Assembly (NCBI RefSeq): GCF_009914755.1
Contig: NC_060926.1
DNA length: 64,000 nt
Source of the DNA: the human T2T-CHM13v2.0 reference genome, Homo sapiens
Reading direction: 5' to 3' (one strand)
Under the pieces are notes generated by a model. The model worked only from the letters and a program-made list of their open reading frames with translations. It ran no database searches and was not told the origin of the DNA. This document shows positions 1 through 12,395 of this stretch, in pieces. The stretch's first letter is position 1. Every line of letters starts with the position of its first letter. The translations under genes and the position numbers were made by a program.

Positions 1-37
1 GATTCCACTGCCAAGTCTTCCTTTTACTGATGTTTAA

Positions 38-351
38 GGCTGGGTGTGGTGGCTCATGCCTGTCATCCCAGCACTTTGGGAGGGCGAGGTGGGCCGATCA
101 CCTGAGGTCAGGAGCTCGAGATCAGCCTGGCCAACATGGTGAAACCCCATCTCTACTAAAAGTACAAAAATTAGCGGGGCATGGTGGTGCGTGGCTGTAA
201 TCCCAGCTACTCAGGAGGCTGAAGCAGGGGAATCACTTCAATCCAGGAGGCAGAGGTTGCAGTGAGCCGAGATCACATCACTGCACTCCAGCCTGAATGA
301 CAGAGGGAGACTCAGTCTCAAAATAAATAAATAAATAAACAAATAAATAAA
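38..351 (+). mobile_element. AluS (Sx/Sz-like), full length
   Basis: GGCTGGGTGTGGTGGCTCA...CACCTGAGGTCAGGAG..., (AAAT)n tail. Confidence 0.95.
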
Positions 352-849
352 TATGTTTAGAGGAGACACCAAAGGGAATTCCACAGCCAAATCTGCCTGC
401 TCCAGGAAATGCATAAGGTCCCCTAGTCTTGTGCTGCCTGGTGACATCCTCTACCCTTTGTCTGGGCCTGAGGGACCTTGTGGCCGTGCATCCACTAGAG
501 GTGCCATCGTGGTCTTAGGAGTGTCTGTGCCTGGGCTCCTCCTGTGCCCAGTTTCCTCTGGGGTCTCATTTAATGTCCAAATGACCAACTTACACTACAC
601 ATAGAAGTAAAATACATATCCAGAGCTCATGGATCCTGTCTTCGTGGATGTGCTGGTCTTTCCTGTGGGATTCTAGACGTGTGAAGGACAGTGGGCTGGA
701 TTGATTATTTTATGTCTATAGAATGCTTGGCACAGTGCTGAATTGACACAATTAATTCTGGTTGAATTGAAAAGATTTTGGTCCCTGGTCTTCTCAGATC
801 TGGCCTTGTGGGGATATAATAAATGGGTTTTCAATCATTATCATAAATC

Positions 850-1050
850 ATTAAGAACTTACTATGAGTACTATAGTCAGACACTGAACTTAAGTGTGTT
901 ATCTATGAATTGTCTCCTTTAATCCTCTCAACGATTTATAATTTAGGAACTATCACCTCTTAATCTGTCGATGAGGAAACTGTGGCTCATAGCAGCTAAT
1001 TCAAGTGACCCAAATCATATACCTGCAGATAGTGGCTCTGGGTCAATCCA
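850..1050 (-). mobile_element. MIR fragment
   Basis: Core gatgaggaaactgtggctca...gtgacccaaatcata. Confidence 0.6.
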
Positions 1051-2526
1051 AGTAAATCCCTTCCACTGACTCCTTTTACCTTGAACTAAAAATAACTCCT
1101 TATAAAATGCAGATTCAGTGGTAATGGCTGCTACCGTCACTCCCAACCTCTTCCAGAATTATGGTGAGAAGGAAGAAGACATTTTGTAGGCAACAGTGTC
1201 TTACCTGTGTATGGCTTTGATTTTATTTATTTGTTTGTGTGTTTGGGGGGTTATCTTTTAAACCATTTTCAAAGAAACTTCACAAACTCCATGTAATTTG
1301 ATTTCCACACCAGCCTGCCGAGCTGGTCAGGAAAGGTACTGCTGCATTTTTGTTGAGGAAGCAGACTCAGAGAGGCTGTGATTTGCTTAAGACTGTGGTG
1401 TGGGAGGCTGGACCCAGAGCAGGAGATAGTTCACTCCTGTTCCTGCAAAGGCAGTGGAACCAGGTGTCTGCCATGGTTGCCCGTGTTAGCTGCTCTCTTC
1501 CACCTGTCCTTGCAGGGGTGGAAGTCAGGCTTAGCTGGATCTGGGGTCTCCACATCACATCTTGTTTCTGGGGCTCAGAAGCTAGTGATAGCTAGTAGTG
1601 AGTAAAGAAAACCCTTTGATCTCCTGTTTGATAACAGTAATGGTGTTTGGAATATTTTAAAAAATTTATAGCACACAGAAACACAGAAAGCCACAATGGA
1701 TTCACCAATGCTTTTAATAAATTTATGTTTTATGGAGCAAGAAAAGCACTTCTATAACCTTGGTAGATGGTAACTTTTGCATGTGAGAATATAGTGAATT
1801 CACTCTCCTGATAACTCCTGGTGTGGCTACAGATCACAGCACCTCTTGCAATTATTGTTTTTCCCATTTTCTATTCCTGCTCATCTCTGCTCCCACCCTC
1901 ACCCCAGGTTTGCAGGGAAAACTTTGAAGGAAGGCTCATTCCAGGGGCACCTGCCAAGATATTTGGAATGAGGGCCCTTTGGAGTCTAAGGTGAGAGGCA
2001 GGCCACCCTGAAAGAGGATGTCTCAGAATACAGCCTCAGTGGCTGGCTTCCCAAAGGGGAAGTTCAGCAACAGAGTCAGCATCAGGTAGAGCAGCCACAG
2101 TGCCCCTGAGCAGGGATGGGATGGAGTTTGGTTAGGTGGCCTTGTGCTCACAATGACACCAGGAAGAAAGGCTGAGCCAAAGGGATTTTGTGTGAGATTT
2201 TCACAGGTTTAGGAAAGAGTGAGGTATTCAAATTCTTTTTACAAACAATGCAGTTTGGTTCTTCCCTTTCCTGGTCTTCAGTGGCCTGGAAGCGGGTGGG
2301 GACTCACAGTCTGATGGCCTGTGCACCATGCACCTTACCTATGCAACAGCCTGATGGCTAATGTGTAAATTTATCTTGCGCTTACCACTGTAAGAGAATG
2401 AACAAGGTAAGGTTTCTATTCTTTTCAATATGGGTAAGCAGGCTGAGCTTTTTGATTTTGGATTCCGGCCTCCTTTGTTGCAGGGGTTAGCAAAATTTTT
2501 ATAGCCAGTTGCGCAACTCATGCCTT

Positions 2527-5518
2527 TGTGGAAATAATTGAATGCCACCCAAATGAGAACAAGCAAAAGCTATTCAGAGCTTTCCATAGCAAGGAAGTTG
2601 GCCACCAGCACTTGTGTTTGGCAGAGACTCAAAGGCAGGCAGAGGGGTAAAAACGCTTCATGATGGAAAGCACATAAGGCTCCAGGTGTTCCGATTGGAG
2701 GCTGTTGGTGTTGGGGAGCTACAGGTGGCTAACTAGAAATGGGGCCTCCGGTATGATTGGTTAGGGGGTCTGTGTTAGTCTGTTTGCATTACTATAAAGG
2801 AATACCTGAGGCTGGGTAATTTATAAAGGAAAGAGGTTCATTTTGGCTCGCAGTTCTGCAGGCTGTATAGGAACCGTGATGCCAGCATCAGCTTTGGAGA
2901 GGGCTTCAGGAAGCTTACAATGATGGCAGAAAGTGAAGGGGAGCCAGCAAGTCACATGACAAAAGAGGGAGCAAGAAAGAGGAGGGGGAGGTACCAGGCT
3001 CTTTTAAACAATCAGATCTCACATTAACTGAGTGAGAACTCTCTCATCACCAAGGGGATAGTGTCAAGCCATTCATGAGGGATCTGCCTCTAAGATCAAA
3101 TCACCTCCTACCAGGCCCCACCTCCAACATAGGGGATTACATTTCAACATGAGATCTGGAAGGGACAAACACCCAAACTGTATCATTCCATCACTGCCCC
3201 CAAATCTCACGTCCTCACTTTGCAAAATTCAATAATCTCTTTCCAATGGTCTCCCAAAGTCTTAACTTATTCTAGCCCCAACTCAAAAGTCCAAAGTCTC
3301 ATTTGAGACTCGAAGTTTCTTTCACCAATGAACCTGTAAAATCAAAACCAAGTCATTTACTTCCAAAATACAATGGGGGTATAGGCATTGGGTAAACATT
3401 CTCATTCCAAAAGGGAGAAATCAACCAAAAGGAAGGGGCAACAGGCCCCACACAAGTCCAAAACCCATCAAGGCATGCATTAAAACTTAGAGTTCCAAAA
3501 TAATCTCTTTTGACTCCATGCCCCACATCCTTGGCCCACTGGTGCATGGGGTGGGCTCCCAAGGCCTAGGGCAGCTCGCCCCTGTAGCTCTTTGGGGCAA
3601 AGTCCCCAAGGCTGCTGTCACAAATTAAAATTGAATGCCTGCAGCTTTTCCAGGCAGAGGGTGCAAGCTTCAGGTGGTTCTACCATTCTTGGATTTGGGG
3701 AATGGCAGCCCAGTCCTACAGCTCCACTTTGCAGTGCCCTCGTAGTAGGGACTCTGTTTGTGGTCTCCAACCCCACATTTCTTTTTAGCACTGCCCTGGT
3801 AGAGTATCTTGTTGGGGTTCCACCTCTGGGGGAAGCTTCTGCTAGGGCACCCAGCCTTTCCCATACATCGTCTGGAATCTAGAGGGAAGCTGCCAAGCCT
3901 CCTTCACTGTTACATTCTGCAAGCCTGCAGGCTTAACACCACATAGAAGCCACCAGGGCTTACAGCTTGCAACCTCCAGAGTGGTGGCCCAAGCTGTACC
4001 TGTGGCCTTTGATCCACAGCTGGAGCTAGAGCAGCCAGGATGCTGGGACGTGTGTTCCAAGGCTATATGAGGCAGCAGCACCCTGGGCCTGACACCCCAA
4101 ATTATTCTTTTCTCTTACACACCTGGGCCTGTCATGGGAGGGGTCGCCTCACAGACTTCTGAAATGCCTTTGAGGCCTTTATTTCGTTGTCTTGGATATT
4201 AGCACTTGGCTCACTTTTAGTCATGCTAATCTCTAGCAAATGGTTGCTCCACAGGCCACTTGAATTCCTCTCCTGAAAATGCTGAGGCCAGACTGCAAAT
4301 TTTTTATACTCAGTTTCTCTTTTAAATATAAGTTCCAACTTTAAGTAATTCTTTGTTCCCACATCTGATCATAAGCAGTCAGAAGCAGCCACACCACTTC
4401 TTGAATGCTTTTCTGCTTAGGAGTTTCTTTTGCCAGATACCCTAGGTCATCGCTCTTAAAGTTAAACCCTCCACAAATCCCTAGGCCATGGGCACAATGA
4501 AGCCAGTTTCTTTGCTGGTGCCTAACATGGGTGACCTTTACACCAGTTCCCAATAAGTTCCTCATCTCCATTTGAGACCTTCTCAGCCTGGCCTTCACTG
4601 CCCATATTTCTATCTGCATTTTGGTCAAAACCACTTAATAAGTCTTTAAGAAGTTCCAAACTCTCCCTTCTCTTTCTATTTTCTTCTAAGACTTCTTCTA
4701 AGACTCTTTCAACATCTGCCCATTGCTTAGTTTCAAAGCTTCAGGTATCTTTATAGCAATGTCCCACTCCTTGGTACCAATTTGCTGTGTTAGTCTGTTT
4801 ATGCTGCTATAAAAGAATACCTGAAGCTGTGTAATTTATGAAGAAAAGAGGTTTATTTTGGCTCAAGTTTCTGTAGGCTGTACAGGAAGCATAGTGCCAG
4901 CATCTGCTTCTGGTGAGGGCCTCAGGAAGCTTACAATCATGGTGGAAGGTGAGCAGGGAGCAGGCATGTCTCATGGAGAGAGAGGGAGCAAGAGAGAGAA
5001 GGGAGAGGTCTCAGACTCTTTTAAATAACCAGATCTTATGTGAACTAACTGAACAAGAACTCACTTGTCACCAAGGGGATGACAGCAAGCCATTCATGAG
5101 AGATCCACCCCCATGATCCAATACCTCCCACCAGGCCCTACCTCCAGCATTGGGGATCACATTTCAACATGAGATTTGGAGGGGACACACATCCAACCTA
5201 TATCAGAGGGATATTTAACTTTCTCTGGTGGGCCCTATGCTGGAAGTCCATGAGTGTGTATGGGGGATGGCAAAAATTGGAGCAGCTATCAGTTACTCAT
5301 CAAGTCTTGGCTGTTCTGGGCTAATTGTTACAGGGGTTATTGTTTAGCTTCCTGGAATCATGGCTAGAGATGATACTGTGGCTTCCTGAGCTGCTTACTG
5401 TAGATATTGTGTTGATGTCACACTACGTTGGTTGCTGCAGTTTGTAGATCAGAGTTCTATTTTTATGTATGGTCTGGCCATTGTCTTTTTGTATATCCAC
5501 TATCTCACTCCATTTTTC
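2527..5518 (-). mobile_element. ERV1-type solo LTR (MER93-like; name uncertain), split by the MST element at 2771-5205
   Basis: Pieces 2527-2770 and 5206-5518 are homologous in reverse complement to the LTR at 7754-9044. Confidence 0.6.
2771..5205 (-). mobile_element. Full-length MaLR element (MSTB-like): LTR 2771-3185, internal 3186-4785, LTR 4786-5205
   Basis: Two homologous tgtgttagtc...tatca LTRs flanking a typical MST-int with decayed minus-strand ORF remnants. Confidence 0.9.
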
Positions 5519-6010
5519 CTCCAGGGAGTCTGGGCTCATTGTAGGGGATTAGCTTTGATTGACCCAGATGTGGGAGAAATGGGAGAGCAATGGTGGAACC
5601 CAGTTTTGTATTGAAGAAAATACATATATATTTCATCAGAAAACTATGCATCATCTACATTGTGACCTTCCAGGCTGGGATATCAGAGTCCAGCTCTGTT
5701 CCTTATCTCAGAGTGATTCTGCAACTCTTAGTAAGTTGTAGCTGATATGAATATGAATTGGGTCTTGTCTAGTAGTGATTTGATTTAATTGACTTCCCCT
5801 ACCTCCCTGGGAAAACAAGTTTTGTCTCCACTTGCAATTCATCCCAACACTGCTTTTCCCACATAAATGTGTGTGTTTTGACCTTTTCTTTGACCTGGTT
5901 ATGACATTGTTTGCGTCCTTCATATCATATGAGTAACATAAAACCTTTAGTACATGTTTGTTTTTATGTTTTTATGAGTCATGATTTTATTTTTCCCAAA
6001 AATATCTTTT

Positions 6011-6013
<3 letters not shown>

Positions 6014-6053
<40 letters not shown>
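6014..6053. repeat. (GT)n microsatellite
   Basis: ~20 GT units. Confidence 0.95.
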
Positions 6054-6056
<3 letters not shown>

Positions 6057-6389
6057 GGAGAGCAGGGTAGCCAGATGGCTACAGGTATACCCGGAGACAA
6101 CCTACAAAGCAGACTGGGCTTGAGAGTGATGATGCAGGGATTTGGGGCTGGCTTGTCCTTGGAGAGGGATGATTACAGCAGTGAGGCCCATTCTATGAGT
6201 TCTTGTTTGACCCTGGGGGACAGGGAGTCCTTCTGAAGATTTGACTGAGTTTGAATTTCTCATCAGCTCTGACTAAGTTATGTGTGTCTGTGATTGGGAA
6301 GGTTGGGCAGGGGAGGGCTCAGAGCTAGATTCAATTTGATGTGGAAATATGAAGAAATGTGAACTTTCTTGTATCTAAGATTTATGGAA

Positions 6390-6976
6390 TGTTAGACATG
6401 TTTGTTCTCCAGTGCTGCAAAGAAATAGCACTTGAATATAAATTTAATTTTCTCAGCAAGGCCATTTTTTTTACTTTCTGCAGAAAGGTTATACTTGCCA
6501 GCAGTTTTGCCACAAGAATACACTGAACAAAGGAGACAGGATCATTTATAACCTGACACGTCCACCTTACTGCTGTGTCTGGTTTCCATTGGCTGGTGGG
6601 ACCTCACATTCTGTATTTGTCCCGATTGGCTAGCAACTTAGAACTTTCTAAATGAGGCAAAGGCAGAGGAGAACAAATGAAGGAGGAAGTAACTTGTGGA
6701 ATGCTGAGAAAGGTAAAAACACCTCCCAATAAGGAATAGGAACAGGCTATGACCCAATGCTGGCTTGGACCAGTATAAGTATGCCAGGGCAAATATTTAG
6801 GCTAAATCGTGGGAGCTAAGAACACAAAGTACATTGATTTCTTTATTACAGCTAGCAGATATCTAAGAATGTTAGTCCAGTCCTTAGAATCAACTTTGCT
6901 TCTAAGAGAAGTTACTATTTGTTCCTAATTACACGGGGAGGAAAGTCTCTTTGAAGAGGAACCTCTACTTTTTACA
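6390..6976 (-). mobile_element. Solo LTR10C-like (HERV-I group)
   Basis: Reverse complement starts TGTAAAAAGTAGAGGTTCCTCTTCAAAG and ends ...TCTAACA; flanks tggaa/tggag. Confidence 0.8.
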
Positions 6977-7823
6977 TGGAGCAAATACCATGGCTGCTCG
7001 ATTTTAGAGTTTTGTCTGGACTTGTAGAGTACATTTGTATAGCATGTATCTGCAAATGCTCACTACAACCCCAGTTGATTTGAAGGCAAGGCAGGCTTCA
7101 AAGAATTGGTGTGCAAAATACTGCTAAGAAAGGGAAGGGCATGGAACGTGGAAGATGATTTTAGGGGTCTAATTTCAGACTCTGAATGACTAAAAACAGC
7201 AGTGAGAACCATTGCAACACAAAAACTTCCTGAAATGAAACTGAATCTAACTCTGCAAACCAGAAGCCCTTCCAGGAGAAAGAAGGGTATGCAGGGGTTG
7301 TGTCATGAGTGGGAATGTGGGAGGACTTCCTGGCCCAAGGCTGAGTCTGGCTTCTGAGACGTGTGGGCTAGCATGATGGGCAGGCACTGGGGTGGGTTGT
7401 GCTGACAATTAGGAAAATAGTGAACTACATTGAGGGCATTTTTGGAGGATGACATGGCGCCCTTGAGGAGGAGGGCTGGAACTTTGGTCTGTTGGCTCAT
7501 CTGAGATGCTGACATGATAGTAACTCCGGGTGGCCAGGAAGTAATATTGCTAAAGAAATGCCCAGGGTTCACAATGCACATGCTTCAGGGAGTTTGGTGG
7601 GATGACTAAGGACTTAAAAACACACCAAAACATGCCTTTGGGCACCTATCAGATAACTGGCTGTCCTAGCTCCTTAAAAATCTACCGGGTGTGGCCTGAG
7701 GTATGGGACTTGAGTTCCCTGGATACTGGCGGAAGGTCTTTGGTCTTGGAAAGTGAGAGACTGAATATGTAAGTGGATAATGGCCAGAATACATACAAAA
7801 ATAGAACTCTGACCCATGATCTG

Positions 7824-7980
7824 CAGCAACCAGCCCAGGAAACCAACCTGTTATCCACAGCAACCAGCCCAGGAAACCAACCTATTATCCACAGCAACCA
7901 ACCTAGGAAACCTACCTATTATCCACAGCAACCAACCTAGGAAACCAACCTGTTATCCACGGCAACCAGTCCAGGAAGCC
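7824..7980. repeat. 34-bp tandem repeat, ~4.6 copies (CAGCAACCAGCCCAGGAAACCAACCTGTTATCCA)
   Basis: Units start at 7824, 7858, 7892, 7926, 7960. Confidence 0.9.
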
Positions 7981-8189
7981 AGCCTGCTCTAAGTCAGACT
8001 TGTAGGAAGTCAGAGTATTTCTCTAGCAATGGGTCCAGGAAACCAAAGAACAACCCCTGTAGCAGCTGGCCCCAAATGGCCAGCACTTGATGAGCACTGC
8101 CAGCTGCCCTGATTTTTGACCCTGCTTCCAATTTACAACCAATCGGAGAAAGGCAAGTATGCTCTCCAACCAATCATACAGGATGCCCC

Positions 8190-8826
8190 TGTAGGGGCGA
8201 GGAGGGAGCGCTTCCTTTCCACCTTCTGAGGGTTCACTGAAAATGAATTGACAACGAGCAGATTAATAGGAGAAAAAGGCACACACTTGTGCAGAAGCAC
8301 AGTGGAGTCGCAGGAGAGTGATAACCCAATAACACAATGAAGTCCAGGTGCTTGCAGATTCTTCTTCATAGGGGAGGGAGTGATGGGGGAAACGGGGCCC
8401 TCTAGAGGGGTAGTCGATGACTTCTAGGAGGGATGAATGGGCCCATTGATCAGACAATGGTCAATAAGTGTTTTCTTTGGGAATTGAATGGGACTGGACT
8501 ACAGACAGACAATCATTTGGCACGAAGTTAGTCTGGGCTCCAGGTATGGTGTTTAATTTTCAGTCTCTTCCTCTGTGATATGAATTTCAATTTTCTCTAG
8601 TTAAATTTCAGGGAAGGCATCTGTATTCCTCTTTGATGAGTCCAGTTTCTAGGTAGAGAAGGGAACTTCAGAGAACAGTTTCATCCTGTGCTTTGGAAAA
8701 GACAGAGGATTGGGGGAAGACAGGGGAAGGTCAGAGTGACCTTGAGCCTTGAGGCTGCTTCTTTAATTCACCATGTCAAAGTGCATGTCAAAGATACTTT
8801 GGGGTATCGTTTTCTGGGCCCCAACA
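8190..8826 (-). mobile_element. Solo LTR, MER39/MER34-like, nested in the previous LTR
   Basis: Reverse complement starts TGTTGGGGCCCAGAAAACGATACCCCAAAG; TSD CCCC/CCCC. Confidence 0.75.
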
Positions 8827-9637
8827 CCCCATTAGCCTGCCTGCAGCTCCTACAGGCCATCACTCTCCAATCAGGGCAAGCCTGAAGCCTTCTCTTCTTT
8901 CTACTATGATGCTTTCCCACTCCCTGCCTGCCTTTGAGTCTCTGCTAAAATGCGAGAGATGGTGGCCGATTCCCTTGCTAGAGCAGCTCTGAACAAATAG
9001 CCTTTGCTCTTTCTCACTGGGGTGGTCTTTATTTTCTTTCCACAAAAGCATGGATCTGACTCATGGAGAAACTGAAAACAAAGTGGGCCAGGCCAGTCCC
9101 AAGGGCGACGACTCAGGGCTCCTCTCAATTTCCCTCCTGCCTGGAGTCAGGGGAGGGGGGCGGGGTCGGGGGAGCAAGGCTTGGGGCTGAAGCCAGTGGC
9201 TCCTCCCTAGGCCTCTGATAGCAGGGAGAGATGAGGAATTCCCACAGGAGGAGAATCCTGACTGCTGCTTAGGCTCCTGGGGAGTTTCAGAAAGCGAGGG
9301 CCCCCTGACAGCCAACGGCTGAGCCAAGGAATTCTGGAACCCGGCAAACAGTCCTGCGTGGCTGTCCTGAGTGGCCACAGACATGGGTAGAGGGGCTGGG
9401 ACTGGGACGAGGAGACCAGACCCGAGAGCACACCTGGGAACACCAGCCAGGTGTGGACGGTGTCATGAGGCTGGTGACAGAAGTTTTTCTAACTTAAAAA
9501 TTAATTTGACAACATTTTAAACCTAAACAAGAGCTGCAAGAATAATAAACAGAATTCCACATTATTCTTCCAGATTCCCCAAATGTTTACATTTTTTAAT
9601 ATTTACTTTATCCTTCACCTTCTGCCCTCCTTATATC

Positions 9638-9675
9638 CGTGTGCGCGCGTGTGTGTGTGTGTGTGTGTGTGTGTG
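9638..9675. repeat. (CG)n(TG)n alternating purine-pyrimidine tract
   Basis: gtgtgcgcgcgtgtgtgt... Confidence 0.9.
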
Positions 9676-9754
9676 GTGTGTCTTTGTATTATTTTTTCCT
9701 GAATCATTTAAAGGTATGGTTAGGCACATCCCTTTACTGCTAAATACTTTAGGG

Positions 9755-10091
9755 CAGGGGTCCCCAACCCCTGGGCCGAGAACCAGTACAGTTTGTGGCC
9801 TGTTGGGAACCAGGCCACACAGGAGGAGGTGAGCAGCCCGCGAGCCTTCCCTCCTGAGCTCCGCCTCCTGTCAGATCAGCAGCAGCATTAGATTCTCAGA
9901 GGAGTGCGAACCCTGTTGCGAACTGCGCATGCGAGGCATCTGGGTTGCACGCTTTTTATGAGAATCGAACTCATGCCTGATGATCTGAAGTGGAACAGTT
10001 TCATCTTGAAACCATTCCTTCCTCCCCAGTCCGTGCAAAAATGATCTCCCACGAAGCCCACCCCTGGTGCCAGAAAGGTTGGGGACCGCTG
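9755..10091. mobile_element. MER1B-like hAT-Charlie DNA transposon
   Basis: TIRs CAGGGGTCCCCAACC / GGTTGGGGACCGCTG; perfect 8-bp TSD CTTTAGGG. Confidence 0.92.
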
Positions 10092-11414
10092 CTTTAGGGT
10101 GTATTTCCTGAAGAAAAGGAATTTTCATATAACCACAGCACAATGATCGAAATCAGGTAATGAACATGATACTATTATCTAATACACAGACCTTGTGTAG
10201 ATTTTCCCATTTGTCTCAATAATGCCCTTTACAGCAAAAGAGAATCCAAGGTCATGTGTGGCATTTGGTTGTCATCTCTCTTCAGTCTCCTGTAATTTGG
10301 AATAAGTTATAGCTTTTCTTTGTATTTCATGATATTGACACTTTCGAAGAATGCCAGCTGGTGATTCTGTACAAGTCCCTGTCTTTCTGCCTGGCATTTG
10401 CTCATGATCAGATTAAGGTTGGCACCTTTGGTAGGCATCTCAGGGGTAGGGCTGAGCTCTACTCACTGCATCAGGTAATTGGCTTTTTAATCGTGTCAGC
10501 ATCTAGGTGTGTGATGTCATGCGTGGCACTGAGATTCAGCTATACCCACGTGCTACAAGCATTCAGTCAAGGCAGCTCAGGCCAAAAGCATCAGCTGGCC
10601 TTCCAGTAAACAGTATGCATCCCAGAGGAGACTTCTGTTACCTATATCTCAATCAGCAACCAACGGAATGTCAGTCACCTTTTATTGGTGAAAACAGTGA
10701 CCTATTCATGTTCATAATTCAAGTCAGAAACGGGCCGTCATTGCTGAGATGAAAGGTACTTGAGATGTGTGGGTTGGCTAAATGATTCTAGAAAGCACTC
10801 TCATGCTTGCATAAATAGGACACAAGAACCCTCCTTAGGGATGATGCCCTGTTCATTCTGTATCCAGCCACGGTCACTGGCAGATTCCGGTTCTCTAATG
10901 CTGGCTTGGTTTTTGGCTGAAATGAACATTTCATGTCAGGTGGAGTTTGCAGTAATGACCAGGATGGAGAACTGGAACTTTCTCGAGCCTACAGAACAGA
11001 ATGTACGAACACTTTTTTTGTCCCTGCTTGGTAATAAAGGTTTAGTGTAAAAATGTCTGTGTATACATGGGGTCAAGGCTGGTCTTCGGTTTGCCTTCAT
11101 GGCAATCTAGTGGCAAAGTTGCAGTAGAGAGCCCTCGCCATCTTCAGGCTTCTTCCAGGGCCAGAGTTCTCTATCAGGTCAGTTTGCAGCAGAGGGGAAT
11201 TTCTTGGTGCTGTCATGAAACATTTAAGAAAGCCCAAGAGCCCTTCTTTCAACTGTGCTTGAGGGGATTTGGCTGTCTCATGCCATCCTGCATTAACAGA
11301 CAGAACACACAGCTGGTAATACAGAGCTAAGTCCTGCTCAGAGCACAGCATTGTTATTTTTCAGCTCAGCTGAGCACTGGAATTCCCCTGGGCATCTTTT
11401 AAAAATCTCGATGG

Positions 11415-11975
11415 TTGACATTTTTCAAAAGAAGGCATACAAATGGTCAAGAAGCATAAGAAAAAATGCTCAACATCACTAATCATCAGAGAAATGCAAC
11501 TTGAAACTACAATGAGATACCATCTCACACCAGAATGGCTATTATTAAAAAGTGAAAAAACAGCAGATATTGGTGAGGGTGTAGAGAAAAGGGACACACA
11601 CACTGTGTGTGGGAATGTAAATTTGTATGCCCTCTATGGAATACAGCATATACATTTCTCAAAGAACTAAAAATAGAACTACTATTCATCTCGGAAATCC
11701 TACTGCTGGGTATCTAAGAAAAGGAAAATAAATAATTCTATAAAAAAGAGGCCAGGTGCAGTGGCTCATGCCTATAATTCCAGCACTTGGGAGGCTGAGG
11801 CGGGAGGATCGCCTGAGCTCCGGAATTTGAGACCAGACCGGGCAACATGGGGATATCCTGTCTCTACAAAAAGTGAAAAAAAAAATACTGGCATTTGCAT
11901 GTTTATCACAGCACTATTCACAGTAGTGAATATTCAACCTAAGTGTTCACTGATGGATGATTTGATAAAGAAAAT

Positions 11976-12012
<37 letters not shown>

Positions 12013-12395
12013 GTGTGTATTCCACACAGTGGAATACTACTCAGTTTTAAGAAAGAATGAAATCATGAAAGAATGAAATCATGTCTTTTGCCGCCACATG
12101 GATGGAATTGGAGGCCATTATCTTAAGTGAAATAATTCAGACACAGGCAGTCAAATACTGCATGTTCTCTAAGTGGCACCTAAATAATGTGTACACATGG
12201 ATAAAGAGAGAGGAATAATGGACAGTGGAGACTCTGAAGGGTGGTAGGGCAGGAGGGGGATGAAGGATGAGAAATTACTTAATGGGCACAACGTATACTA
12301 TTCAGGTGATGGCTACACTAAAAGCCCAGAATTCACCACTAGGCAATGTATCCACGTAACAAAACTGCACTTGTACTGTTAAATCTATTTAAAAA
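11415..12395 (+). mobile_element. 5'-truncated L1PB-like LINE-1 (ORF2 end plus 3'UTR) inserted into a MER5-like element
   Basis: ORF2-like [24 protein letters not shown]; degenerate TSD aaaaatctcgatg/aaaaatctggatg. Confidence 0.85.
11750..11885 (+). mobile_element. Free left Alu monomer (FLAM-like) inside the L1
   Basis: Single Alu arm followed by an A tail. Confidence 0.8.

Larger units (their letters stand above)
7754..9044 (+). mobile_element. ERV1-type solo LTR (MER93-like), split by a second LTR
   Basis: TG...CA ends with 4-bp TSD AAAG/AAAG. Confidence 0.7.
9490..10450 (-). mobile_element. Old L1M (L1MC/ME-like) 3' fragment, interrupted by MER1B and (GT)n
   Basis: AT-rich decayed L1 3'UTR-like sequence on both sides of MER1B. 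Confidence 0.5.

Noticed and set aside
3353-4634. Several minus-strand ORFs suggesting a hidden gene
   Set aside because: Fragmented remnants of the MaLR internal ORF.
7824-7980. Regular 34-bp repeats resembling a CRISPR array
   Set aside because: Units are head-to-tail with no unique spacers, lie inside an LTR, and there are no cas genes in this mammalian DNA.
11443-11979. ORFs resembling L1 ORF2 C-terminus
   Set aside because: Truncated, Alu-interrupted L1 fragment; not an active element.
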